This document shows positions 27,888 to 42,008 of a DNA stretch of 64,000 bases, piece by piece. The stretch's first letter is position 1. The number at the start of each line of letters is the position of its first letter. The notes below the pieces were generated by a model. It did no database searches. It was not told where the DNA came from and was given only the letters and a program-made list of their open reading frames with translations. Source of the DNA: Octopus sinensis. Lineage: Eukaryota. Position numbers and translations under genes: made by a program. The stretch is from contig NC_043008.1 in the NCBI RefSeq assembly GCF_006345805.1, forward strand, positions 14,198,001 through 14,262,000. The letters run 5' to 3'.

Positions 27888-29006
27888 ACACCATGGTGGA
27901 TAGTACCATAGTAACAAGCGGTGGCACTATAATAACACCGACAAGCGTTCCCTTGATTCGTAGCCTAAAATTAAATTCCATTTAAACATTGGAGTACCCA
28001 GTGACTTTGCAATGATTGAAGAGGAATAATTAACTAATCACTGCTAATTAACGATAATCTACAGCAAATCTATTGATCGGATTCTGCATCTGCACACCGA
28101 GAGAGCTTAAGCTTAAAATCTTTACAGGAAGTAGGTATATATAGTAGAATTTTATGTGCATAGAGGATAAATTCTTTATTTTTAGGACGCTAACGGATGA
28201 GGAGAGGGAGATTGTGAAGTATCCTGATTCGTTTCTTATGCATGGAGAAATTGTCGCATGTATACATATCAAAATAATGTACATACGCACATAACGTACT
28301 AATGCAAAGATAGTACTATAAATACGTCGTATAAATATGGACGGAAATATGTATCAATACGCACAACTGTCAGTGTTATGTCAAGTCTAATGATTTTCAT
28401 GGATTTCAGAAGTTGAAGCCAGCAACTCTGATGTATCATGGTCATTTTCCTGACAATTTAATCCTGCCAAACAATGACAGAGTTTCACATTGATCTGTCA
28501 GCGGTTGATATTTACAGCTACAACGCTAGTCGCAATTCTCAAGAGAGATTAAGCCGTACTATTTTTGCGAAGAATATATGTAACTATTTTTTTTTTCACC
28601 ACAAACGTCAGCATTCAATTTAAATGATAAAACCGATATACTTATAGAGCAGAATGGATGGCACCATTGATTTTTTTTTTCTCCCTTTCTGTCATTGAAA
28701 ATTCGATTTCTGTATACTACTCAATCTAGGCTCCCACTCTTCGCCTTTTCCCCTCCCATTGCACACATGATATATACATATATGTGTGCGTGTGTGTGTG
28801 TGTGTGTGTGTATACTTTATTCTTTTACCTGTTTCAGTCATTTGACTGCGGCCATGCAGGAGCATCGCCTTTGGTCGAAGGACTTATTCTCTGTAATCCT
28901 CGGTATTTATTTTATCGGCTTCTTTGGCCGAACCACTAAGTTACGGGGTCGTAAACACACTACCATCGATTGTTTCACAGACACATAAACATTTACACTT
29001 GCACAC

Positions 29007-29042
<36 letters not shown>

Positions 29043-30019
29043 GTATGTATAATTAAATAATAAGGGTAGAATTTGATATTAATCATTTAAAACCAACGGC
29101 CTAGAATATTTTTAAAAATCCGAAGATTAAAAATTATTTATACATTTTGGTTTATATATATACATACATACATATGCATATATAAATACTTGCATACTTT
29201 GCCTTTCATCCTTTCGGGGTCGATTAAATAAGTACCAGTTACGCACTGGAGTCGATGTAATCGACTTAATCCGTCTGTCTTTCCTTGTTTGTCCCCTCTG
29301 TATTTAGCCCCTTGTGGGTAGTAAAGAAATAGATAGTGGACAGGGAATGAAAACAGAACGCTGGACTATGCAACGAACAGAAATTCAACTAAACCAACAG
29401 ATAATATTTGTCGAAAACGATACGACTTTTAATATTGAAGCATTTCACAAATAATCATAAATATTGTTTATAGAAATAGAAACAAAATGGACAGTGTTGC
29501 AAACTTTAACATTTTCAGTAAATAAATCCTTCGATGAGAATTAAGGTTAAAAATAAAAATTTGACATTTTGGAAAATATTACAAATTTACCAATTTTAGA
29601 CATGTGAAAGGAACCATATTTACTATATTTTACTGGAGTTGCTACGCAACAAATAATTCGATGTGCAAGACGATGATTTGTAATGTAACAACTAGAATCT
29701 GATTTATGTAAGTGGGAAGTAAAAATAATGTTATACAAGCGGACAATAAAATGTTGAAACAATGAGATAAAAGCGATGAGAAAGATCTGGGAATTGCAGT
29801 GACAGAAAATATCGAGAAATATTTCGCTTCTTTGAAATTTTTTTTCTCTGATGATACATATGTGAGTTCCTCGATGTGGCATATATACAGATATAGATAG
29901 CTAGATACATAGATACATACATACATAGGCGCATATGTGTGTGTGTCTCTCTATGTGTGTAAAAATATATATACATATATATATGTGAATACTTTGCACG
30001 CGCACACATGCTTATATAC

Positions 30020-30429
30020 TCTTTTAATCATTTACTTGTTTCAGTCATTTGGCTGTGGCCATGCTGGAGCACCGCCTTTACTCGAGCAAATCGACCCAGG
30101 GACATTCTTTGCAAACCTAGTACTTATTCTATCCGTGTCTTTTGATGAACCGCTAAGTTACGGGGACGTAAACGACGGGGACGTAAACACACCAGCATCG
30201 GTTGTCAAGCGATATTAGGGGGACAAACACAGACACACAAATATATACACACACGTATATATATATGTATGACGGGCTTCTTTCAGTTTCCGTCTACTAA
30301 ATCCACTCACAAAGCTTTAGTCAGCCCGATGCTATAGTAGAAGACTCTTACTCAAGGTACCACGAAGTGGGACTGACACTGGAACCATGTGGTTGGTAAG
30401 CAGCTACTTACCCCACAGCCACTCCTACG

Positions 30430-30430
<1 letters not shown>
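30020..30430 (-). mobile_element. SINE family B
   Basis: Same blocks as 14398-14807 and 42664-43080. Confidence 0.85.
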
Positions 30431-30481
<51 letters not shown>

Positions 30482-30704
30482 TATAAATTCATTCTATCTA
30501 ATTAAAAGCCTAAATATATATATATATCAGTATTTATATAAAGGATAATTATATATAATTATTTGATTTGATTTGAAAACCCCACTGGAATGGGAGAAAG
30601 CGCTATTAATCTGAATCATATGATATATATATGTAAAAATGTAATATATAAATAATATCTATAAATATGAACCATCCGATCTTCTGATTACCTCATTCTT
30701 CTAA

Positions 30705-30735
<31 letters not shown>

Positions 30736-30945
30736 ATTATGTGAAATAGAAAGATGAATAATCTTGTGTAGATTAATCAAAAGTTAACCGATACCTTAGT
30801 AGCAAAAATCACAGCAGTAAACAGCACGGTTGGAGGTACAACCATCTGGCGTTGCAAAACCGTGCGTTGGTGCGGATAATTGAAATTAAAACATTATTGG
30901 TGAATTGAAGAAATGGAGCTGAACGCAGATTGAACAGAATCGTTA

Positions 30946-31034
30946 TTTCATTCTACACGTGTTTCGAAAGGCACAATTACCAAAATCCGATTGAATAATG
31001 GGACCATATTGTGTCTTTCTCTTCAGGAAGAAAA
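30946..31034 (-). ncRNA. Type I hammerhead ribozyme
   Basis: Reads ttttcttc-CTGAAGA-gaaagacacaat..attgtgcctttc-GAAAC-acgt-GT-A-gaatgaaa, with a long stem II, a palindromic stem III (acacgtgt) and a GUA site. Predicted cleavage between 30954 and 30953. Confidence 0.8.
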
Positions 31035-31431
31035 AAGGAAATCCGTTAAGAAACAGAAACAGAACAGAGGCGGAGCAAAAAACCAAATCGAACTATGCTC
31101 CTAAGAGCCCATGGCGAAACTGTTTATCAGTGTATGCTGAGAACCGGTGGCTGAAGAATTCTACACAGGTCAGGCATCGGTCAATCATGTGGGTGAGGGT
31201 GTATAGATGTTCTTAGTGACCGAGAATAAAGTTCTGACTATTTAGGAATATTGGATGTTTTAATAAGGGGCGAAAAAATCTACTTAGAGATGCCTGACCT
31301 GTAGAATTCTTCAGCCACCGGTTCTCAGCATACACTGATAAACAGTTTCGCCATGGTCTCTTAGGAGCATAGTTCGATTTGGTTTTTGCTCCGCCTCTGT
31401 TCTGGTTTCTGTTTCTCTAACGGATTTCCTT

Positions 31432-31521
31432 TTTTCTTCCTGAAGAGAAAGACACAATATGGTCCCATTATTCAATCGGATTTTGGTAATTTGTGCCTTT
31501 CGAAACACGTGTAGAATGAAA
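31432..31521 (+). ncRNA. Type I hammerhead ribozyme (mirror copy)
   Basis: CTGAAGA at 31440-31446, GAAAC at 31502-31506, GTA at 31511-31513, same stems as the left copy. Confidence 0.8.
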
Positions 31522-31954
31522 TAAAACGATTTCTGTTCAATCTGCGTTCAGCTCCATTTCTTCAATTCACCAATAATGTTTTAATTATATATATATATAT
31601 ATAAGTATTAAATTATTTATATGTAATTAAAGCCTAAATATATATATATATATATAGATATATATATATATCATAGAAAGGGCAGTAACGGGTAGGGCCA
31701 CATGCTGGACATAGACGCCAAATGGCGCTGAGAACTACAGTTATTTGCTCGTTTTGCACGGATTGAAAGCGGGGAAAGAGAATAAATAGGATTTATAAAA
31801 AAAAAGGTTTAACGCATATCGATTTGGAGTTTAGACTTGTAAAATCTTCCGACCCACTTCAGTTTGGTGCGACTATTTCCACATAAAAATAAACATTTTC
31901 ACATACAAGTACGAATACCACGTATCCATAGTCATATCTACAAATGTCTAACGA

Positions 31955-33300
31955 CTAACGATACCGTTGGGGGACGTTATGAAGCAGATAGAAGAGACTC
32001 GGTGATATTGGAAATAGATAAATTGATGGAGAAGCAATGACAGAAAAATTTAAGGGGCAGTACTTGCGCAGACTGAGACTGATCCTTAAGGCAAAATTAA
32101 ACGGACGGAATAAGATCGAAACTATCAACACCTGGGTGGTTTCAATCCTTAGATACGGAGCAGGGTTAATCACATGGGCAGTAGACGAACTAAACAGCTT
32201 AGACAGAAAGACAAGTAAGTTGCTAACTAGATATGGATCACTCCATCCAAAAAGTGACACAGGATGAAGAGGACTTATTGGATGCGAACACAGCATTAGA
32301 GCAGAAGAAAACAACATGGCATGGTATGTAAAAAAAATTCCACAGAGCCGCTATTACGAGAAGTAAGGGGGTCAGGCTTGTGTAAGGTGAAAGATTACAA
32401 AGATAAAGCATTATACGAGAAATTGAAAACGATTGAAACTGAAAATAGGTGGGTAAAGATAAGAATGCATGGTCAATTTCATAGGGATGATGAAGATAAG
32501 ACAGACAGAGAAAAAGATGGTTGTGGATGACTAAAAATGATTTAAAACCGGAAACGGAGGCTCTAATCTGTGCTGCCGAAGAGCAAACACTAAGAACAAA
32601 CTACATAAAATACAAAATAGACAACACAGGAGAAAGTGATAAGTGCAGAATCTGTGGACAAAACGGTGAAACCGTATGGCATAGTAACAGCCAATGTATG
32701 CCACTAGCACAGAAGGAATGTGAAAGACGCCACGACAATATAGCCAGGCTTGTCCATTGGACACTTTGCAGTAAGTATGGACTTAACAGAGCAAAGAATT
32801 GGTACGAACACAAACCTGAAGGCATCGTCGAAAATAGAAATGCAAAGATCTGATGGGATTTTATGATTCAGTGCGAGCATGAGATAGAGAATAGTAAGCC
32901 AGACATAGTCTTAATTGAGAAAGAAAACAAACTATGCTGGATCATAGAGATAGCATGCCCGGCTGACAACAAGGCATGCGATAAAGAAGAAAGAAAAGTC
33001 GAGAGATATGACAGGTTAGCTTGGGAAGTTAAGCAGTTGTGGTCGATAAAAAAGGTAGCAGTAGTACCAATAATTGTCGGAGCCCTGGAGACAGTGAGCA
33101 AAAATCTCGAGAAGTAGGTGTAACAAATAGGGGTTGCAATAAGAGTGGAGCACTTGCAGAAAACAGCACTGCTTGGAACTGCTTGAATACTCCAGAAGGT
33201 GCTCGAAAAAAAAAAGGGGCGTTACCTTAGTTCACTGGTAATGAACGGCTAACAGTGTAGTACATCTCCAGCGTTAGAACCGTTTGCTTTAGTGAAATGC
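31955..33300 (+). mobile_element. 5'-truncated, decayed non-LTR retrotransposon of the R2 group (R4/Dong-like): RT C-terminus, CCHC knuckle, restriction-like endonuclease
   Basis: YLRRLRLILKAKLNGRNKIETINTWVVSILRYGAG, LHPKSD, LKPETEALICAAEEQTLRTN, CRICGQNGETVWHSNSQC, RHDNIA, KPDIVLIEK..IIEIACP, VVPIIVGALE; several stops and frameshifts. Confidence 0.85.
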
Positions 33301-33696
33301 AATAGAATGACTATGAAATACCTAAGTTTTTTGAACTATGAAATACCTATGTTTTTACTGAATGTAATGGCCCTTCCTGAAAATGAATATCATGAAATAT
33401 TGTTCATATTACTTGGTCAAAAATCCGTGAGGTAAGGTTACTCACATTAAAGGTTCGTTAACCATTATGAGCTTGCTAATGCCCAAAAAATATAGCTATA
33501 AACGGTAGTTTTTATATGTATGTGCGTGGGTGTATTTATATGCATATTGGTTACCCGCGCATATCAAGATCATCACATACAGACGAACAACACACAAACA
33601 CACATATATAGAAACGTATTATATATTAAAACAGATAGTGCCGAAAGAGAGAATGAGTCCTCTCTTTCTCTCTCTCTGAAAATAAGAGTATATATA

Positions 33697-33743
<47 letters not shown>

Positions 33744-34105
33744 ATATATATATATGCAGCTATTTATCAGTAATTTTCTATTGACTTTCCCTGACATGAA
33801 ACATTATATATGTCTTCATAGAACGCTAATAAAATTCATCTATTTGCTCTTTGCTATTATCTTTCGTCTCAACTCCCTGTTTTCCTTCCGTTTATAACTC
33901 TCCCCTTTACCACCTCACATAAAATAGGTGGTTTATAAATATGCTTATAACACTATTTGATCATAGAATATCCTGTTGCACAAAAAAAATAACACATTGT
34001 GTTGCTTAGTTGTTTGTTTCGTTATGTATGTATAAATTACATTTAAAAGAGCTTTAACATCAATACTGCTTCTCTTTCAAAATGTATAGTGTGTTTGATT
34101 TTCGT

Positions 34106-34162
<57 letters not shown>

Positions 34163-34478
34163 CATCATATATCAATTGGAAAGACCAGATTTCGCATTAT
34201 TGCCTGTACAGATCATCACAGAGTGTTTTTCAATAGTATTTAATGCATCACACACAACCCATTGTATTTATGATAATATAGTATCCAGATCTGAAACCGA
34301 ACGATATGGGCTACTGACGGGATAAGTTTTATGAATGGATCATACTTTCCAAATATCCGTCAGACGAATTTATTGTAGGAAGTAAAAGAATAACATAAAA
34401 TAAAATACCAAAATCGAACACAATTTTATTATTGTTATTCAACACCATTTTATGTGTTTTTTTCTTTATTTATGTGTA

Positions 34479-34515
<37 letters not shown>

Positions 34516-35385
34516 ATTATGAGCTGCGAGGTAATTCAAAGACACATTTGTATGGTTGTCCCTTAAATATATATCATTAAAAACGCCTCTGCTTTTGTTG
34601 AAAACGTCACTTATCAATATACAAAAATACATTGAAATTATTTGGCCATATTTTTAAATAAATTTTAAATTGTCATCGTTGTTTGTTGTACGAATTCTTT
34701 TCAATGAAGTCTACTCACAGATTCGCCAAATTGAAGTGAATATCAATGATCACAATATAATACAATGATGGCTTGCATTGTTAACGAATTGTAATAATTG
34801 TATTGTCCATGTATTGTGTAATATTAATTCATCATAATATATAATTACTGTTGTAAACATATATATATATATAATCTATTTTTCAATTCAGACCGACACT
34901 CATTCACCTGTGAATGTTCTTATATCTATGATAACTGCAGTTTTCTTCTTTTTATATATATGTTGAAATTGTACTGGCTTCTAAAATTCTATTCATTATT
35001 GTGTGTTTTACCGTTGTTTCATCTATATTAATCTGCTAAATAAGGAGATAGCATTGTTCTCATTTTATATAAATAACTTTTATCTTTTTGTTGATAAGAG
35101 ATGTTGGTCATAAGTTCAAACCTTACTGCTACAAACAATATCTGTAACAATAAGGTTTGAAAATACAAACAATGATGTTCTCCTCTATAACAACCCGAAG
35201 CCTGCTTGCTTAAAATTCTCAACAAACCTAATAGGTTGTATTTATAAATATAGTAAACAATTGTAATAAAGGCATCATTGTTTTTAATAGATATATATAT
35301 ATTGCGTTTAGGGAAACCTAATTGAACGATATTCAAATATCAGATAATCTTACCCATGACAAGTAATAATGGAATAAGAACGCAG

Positions 35386-35940
35386 GGCGGCGAGCTGGCA
35401 GAATGGTTAGCACGCCAGGCGAAATGCGTAGCGGTATTTCGTCTGCCGCTACGTTCTGATTTCATCCTTTCGGGGTCGATAAATTAAGTACCAGTTGTGT
35501 ACTGGTGTCGATGTAATCGACTTAATCCGTGTATCTGTCCTTGTTTGTCCTCTCTGTGTTTAGCCCCTTGTGGGTAATAAAGAAATAGGTATTTCGTCTG
35601 CCGCTACGTTCTGATTTCAAATTCCGCCGAGGTCGACTTTGCCTTTCATCCTTTCGGGGTCGATTAAATATGTACCAGTTACTCACTGAGGTCGATATAA
35701 TCGACTTAATCCGTTTGTCTGTCCTTGTTTATCCTTTCTGTATTTAGCCCTTTGTGGGTAGGAAAGAAATGGGTATTTCGTTCCCTCGTCACGTACTGAG
35801 TTCAAATTCCGGCAAAGTCGACTTTTCATCCTTAAACGGACGATAAAATGAGTATCAGTTGATCACTGGGGTCGATGTAATCGACTTACTTACCACCTCC
35901 CCCGCTATTTCTGGCTTTGTGCCAAAATTTGAAAGCGATA
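35386..35940 (+). mobile_element. SINE family A concatemer (head plus 3 units, last with the alternative tail)
   Basis: Direct repeat units joined at aaagaaatag|gtatttcg. Confidence 0.88.
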
Positions 35941-36357
35941 AAGTAGGAATGTCCTTTTACTTTCTTTTAGCATTTACTCTAAGGAGAGAGCTGGTGGATT
36001 AACATTCGAATAGATTCTTTCAGTATTTAGCAACATTCAGTAACTGCATTTTTACGTTCTCAGTTTACATACCCCTAATAGAAACTCACAAGCTATGTTT
36101 TATTGTCGTCAATTCTGAGGTCCATAAAATAAGTACAATGAAAAATGGTGGATATTCAAATGCAAGATGGTGTGGCAAATTTAGGAATAATTTGTCAGTC
36201 GTCCGAGAAGAACGAGAGACGTTCTTGTACCATTTTGTATTTTATTTATATATATATAAATTAAATAATGAGGGTAAAAATTGATATCAATCAATTAACA
36301 TCAATTTAAACCAGTAGTCTAGCATATTCAGAAAAAAATGCGAAGATTTAAAAATTT

Positions 36358-36632
36358 ATATTACAATTAATAAGAGGAATGACCACTAAAGAGGATTCCT
36401 ATACGCTAGAGGTAGACGTCAGATCGCCTTATCACAAAGAGTTTGTTCTAAAAAAAAATACCCAGCAAACGCCAAAATGTAAAGAAAATAACCAAGGTAA
36501 ATGGAAATTTGCAAAATAAAATGATTACCTATATTTCTTGAGAACACACTCTTTGTGGTAAGGCGATTTGACGTCTATCTCTAGCGTATAGGAATCCACT
36601 TTAGTGGTCATTCCTCTTATTAATTGTAATAT
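36358..36632. repeat. Inverted-repeat element (about 92-bp arms, about 90-bp spacer) with TA-rich ends
   Basis: atattacaattaataagaggaatgaccactaaag..gttct at 36358-36449 mirrors 36541-36632. Confidence 0.85.
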
Positions 36633-37182
36633 ATATATATAATGGAATATCGTGTTTTTTAATCTACAACACAGAAATCCGATAGCGTTTTTTAGACGTC
36701 TCCATCTTCCTGCCTCCTGCAACCTCTTCCTGTTAAATTCTACCAGTATTCTATGAGTGCGTGTGATGGACAGGAAAATTTCTAAATATTGGTTGGCAGC
36801 TTGGAGAGATAGGCATCAAATGGCTACAATATTAAACTGTTTGGTCATCGCCGGCTGGAATAGAAAGAGAGGGACAGAGAGTGGAAAAGTGAAACGGATA
36901 GAATTAAATATGTCTGGTCAAAGCACAGCCAAAGATTTTACTTGTATACTTTCCGATGTTCACCAGTCATAAATTAAATAAGTAGTAACTTTGTAATTAA
37001 TATTGCAGTTGTGTAATTAGTTTATTGTGTTCACAGAAAGAAGTAAAACCTCAATAGTGATAATTTCCGAAACATCTAACAAACAGCGATCGACGACAAC
37101 CTGGCACTAAAATTCATAATATAATAAACAACGTCCATCACAAATTATAACATCTAGAAAATTCTAAACTACACCTGCCTTC

Positions 37183-37287
<105 letters not shown>

Positions 37288-37540
37288 CTTCTCCCCTTTC
37301 CTTTTCTCTATCGCTCTCTCACTCACTCTTTCTTATCTATCGAAAGTTTAATATTAATAATAGTGCTCTTGTAGTTATACAAACGATTGTACTTTTGAGT
37401 GACCTGGTATCTCCTTGCAATCGCATTATACCAGCATAAAACACACGTAAGACATTGAAGGAAATCCTAGATACAGAATGTCTGAAAGTTATGGAATGTC
37501 TTCAGACACGTCCATAACACCGATGATAAACGTACAAACG

Positions 37541-37634
<94 letters not shown>

Positions 37635-37649
37635 TGCGTGTGTGTATAT

Positions 37650-37684
<35 letters not shown>

Positions 37685-37828
37685 GGATAAAATCTTCATA
37701 AGAAATTATCAAGTATTTGCGTAAAAAACTCCCAGGGGAAACTTTAATTATTCCCTTAAATATGTTTATTTATATTAAGGGTATTACTATACATTACACA
37801 CGCGAGGAGGGACTCTTAGTAATGCCTT

Positions 37829-37869
<41 letters not shown>

Positions 37870-37874
37870 TATAT

Positions 37875-37910
37875 ATATATAAATATATATATATATACAC
37901 ACACACACAC

Positions 37911-37948
<38 letters not shown>

Positions 37949-38615
37949 TGTGTGTGTGTGTATGTATATATATATATATGTGTGTGTGTGTGTCATGGGT
38001 AATAAGAAATATTAGAAAATTCTACTACCATTGGCCTAGTGTAAAAATTTAGTCAATAGACTATATATTATGCATATAAATACAGAGTACACTATATATA
38101 GTGAGAGGGCCAATGTTTCAGTCTTTGAAACAGTAATTCTTGCCGCTTTGCAGTACACGGTAATGAACCTGATCACTGCGTGCTACTAGGCCGTATCGTC
38201 TGCATATATCAGCTTACCGATCTTGCACCAACCGATTGAGTTAATACTTGTTATTGTTATTTTAAGTGCACTTAAAGGTACGTTTTGTCAACTCTTTCCT
38301 TCCATACTCTCGCTTGAACGAGTTTTCCAAGTAAGTAAATTACATATATTACTTACTATAATATATATATATAAAGGCGTAAGGCGGCGAGCTGGCAGAA
38401 ACGTTAGCACGGCGGGCGAAATGCTTAGCCGTATTTCGTCTGTCGTTACGTTCTGAGTTCAAATTCCGCCGAGGTCGACTTTGCCTTTCATCCTTTCGGG
38501 GTCGATAAATTAAGTACCAGTTACGCACTGGGGTCGATATAATCGACTTAATCCCTATGACTGTCCTTGTTTTTTTCCTCTTTTGTGTTTAGCCCCTTGT
38601 GGGTAGTAGAGAAAT

Positions 38616-38647
<32 letters not shown>

Positions 38648-38699
38648 TATATATATAATAAATATATATATATATATATAATGTGTGTGTGTGTGTATG

Positions 38700-38730
<31 letters not shown>

Positions 38731-39349
38731 CATGGGTAATAAGAAATATTAGAAAATTCTACTACCATTGGCCTAGTGTAAAAATTTAGTCAATAGACTA
38801 TATATTATGCATATAAATACAGAGTACACTATATATAGTGAGAGGGCCAATGTTTCAGTCTTTGAAACAGTAATTCTTGCCGCTTTGCAGTACACGGTAA
38901 TGAACCTGATCACTGCGTGCTACTAGGCCGTATCGTCTGCATATATCAGCTTACCGATCTTGCACCAACCGATTGAGTTAATACTTGTTATTGTTATTTT
39001 AAGTGCACTTAAAGGTACGTTTTGTCAACTCTTTCCTTCCATACTCTCGCTTGAACGAGTTTTCCAAGTAGTAAATTACATATATTACTTACTATAATAT
39101 ATATATATAAAGGCGTAAGGCGGCGAGCTGGCAGAAACGTTAGCACGGCGGGCGAAATGCTTAGCCGTATTTCGTCTGTCGTTACGTTCTGAGTTCAAAT
39201 TCCGCCGAGGTCGACTTTGCCTTTCATCCTTTCGGGGTCGATAAATTAAGTACCAGTTACGCACTGGGGTCGATATAATCGACTTAATCCCTATGACTGT
39301 CCTTGTTTTTTTCCTCTTTTGTGTTTAGCCCCTTGTGGGTAGTAGAGAA

Positions 39350-39350
<1 letters not shown>
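37875..39350 (+). repeat. Near-identical tandem duplication, period about 738 bp, each unit carrying a SINE-A
   Basis: catgggtaataagaaatattag at 37993 and 38731; the units match almost base for base. Confidence 0.92.
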
Positions 39351-39396
<46 letters not shown>

Positions 39397-39398
39397 AA

Positions 39399-39700
39399 GA
39401 GGCGCAATGGCCCAGTTGTTAGGGCAGCGGACTCGCGATTGGAGGATCACGGTTTCGATTCCCAGACCGAGCTTTGTGTGTGTTTATTGAGCAAAAACAC
39501 CCAAAGCTTCAAGAGGCTCCGGCAGGGGATGGTGGCGACCCCTGTTGTACTCTTTCGCCCCAAATTTCTCTTCCTTTCTTCCTGTTTCTTGAGTAACGCT
39601 GTGATGGACTGGCGTTCCGTCCAGCTGGGTGGGGGGGCACATGCACCATAGAAACCGGGAAACTGGGCCCATGAGCCTGGCTAGGCTTGAAAAGAGCGCA
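39399..39700 (+). mobile_element. tRNA-derived SINE, family D
   Basis: Head gaggcgcaatggcccagttgttagggcagcggactcgcg..ggtttcgattccc. Confidence 0.8.
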
Positions 39701-40269
39701 TAAGTAAATAAATAGTATATATATTATTACTGCATCACATATGAAAGAACCTAACTTTTTGCTTCTATACATATGTGTACTAAGCTTTTGGCACATAAGT
39801 GTATTTCGTATGAATAGTGTATCTCACACTCTCGCACACACGCGCATATCCAAACAAGTATATACAAACATATAACCCTACATACTAACCTGCACAAATG
39901 CTTCTAACTGCGTAGGTAGTCATTGATAAATGTGTTTCTTGCGCACATATATGAAGTCATGAAATTCCTGTATGTATGCCAGTAGTGTCACAATGTCCGT
40001 ATACCACTTTGTGTGTGAGTATCAGGCAGCTGTGCATTTGCATTGATCTCAGCTGCGCCGTTGGTACTGCATGTATGGATGGATGTCAACTTATCGGATT
40101 TTTCTAGCCGGCTATATAGATAGCTGTTTACCTGTTTTCCGTATCGATTTCTAATATACATAGTCAAATGCCACACATTTTTGCGGATGGGAACAATCGA
40201 TTCGGAACAACACGAATACTTGACTGGTACTTATTTATTGACTTGAAAAGAATGAAAGACAAACAGAAC

Positions 40270-40282
40270 ACACACACACACA

Positions 40283-40361
<79 letters not shown>

Positions 40362-40410
40362 ATTATATATATACATATATAATATAATTGTATATGTATA
40401 TATATGTATA

Positions 40411-40449
<39 letters not shown>

Positions 40450-40480
40450 TATATATAATATGTATATACATATATATACG

Positions 40481-40521
<41 letters not shown>

Positions 40522-40609
40522 GTATATGTATATATAAATGTATATATATGTATATATATAATATAATATATATATATAATATTATATATATATATATATA
40601 TGTATATAC

Positions 40610-40651
<42 letters not shown>

Positions 40652-40880
40652 GTATATGTATATATAAATGTATATATATGTATATATAATGTATATATAT
40701 ATATACATATATATATATATGTATATGTATATATAAATGTATATATATGTATATATATTATATATGTATATATATATATATGTGTGTTTGTATTTATATA
40801 CATCTCTATACATATAGAGAGAGATGGAGAGGTAGAGATGCATGTATATATATATATATGCATGAATATGTAGATATATG

Positions 40881-40913
<33 letters not shown>

Positions 40914-40986
40914 ATATATATTATATATATATATTATATATATATATATTATATATGTATATATATGTATGTATATGTGTATATAT

Positions 40987-41060
<74 letters not shown>
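40270..41060. repeat. Long degenerate (TA)n/(CA)n array
   Basis: Direct reading. Confidence 0.95.
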
Positions 41061-41061
<1 letters not shown>

Positions 41062-41654
41062 AAGTTGCTAAAAACTGCAAGGTATTTTTATCTGACACAC
41101 TACAGAATCTGCTGTCAACTGCTGATTTCAATGTTAGTAGTACCATTTTGTTAGTCTTTCTGGCATGATACGAATTGCGTGTAAAAAACAAAAAAAAAAC
41201 AAAAAACAAAAAAAGCAACATAAATGGAAAAATTCATTGATGTTTGAATAAGAGAATATTATTGCAGGTGTCGAATTCATGAACTGTTGAGAAACATCCT
41301 AGACATACGTAGATAGCTACAAGCTTTGGAAAATTCAATTATATACATGGAATTGTTTTCCTTTTACTTTCTGAACTATTTATTTTGGTTGTAATCTTCA
41401 CTTTTATTAAAGTCTACAGAATTCATTACCTCATGAGTTTCTTGAAATATTTTTGTTTTTGTTAATACCTCTTGTATTTGTTTCAATGTATTTTCTTCTC
41501 ATTTGTAGCATGATATTTGTCATGCCAGATTCTTAAAGTCTTTCTAATTAACTTTTTTTTTTGAATTGTTGTTGTTTCTTTACTTTCTATGTGTACATTT
41601 TCGTTTATATGTATATACGTGTGTGTGTGTGTGTGTTTATTTGTGCGTGTCTGT

Positions 41655-42008
<354 letters not shown>

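Larger units (their letters stand above)
30884..31586. mobile_element. Long inverted-repeat element (about 295-bp arms, 110-bp spacer) with a hammerhead in each arm, ending in (TA)n
   Basis: Arms at 30884-31178 and 31289-31586 are near-identical reverse complements, differing mostly by small indels. Confidence 0.9.
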
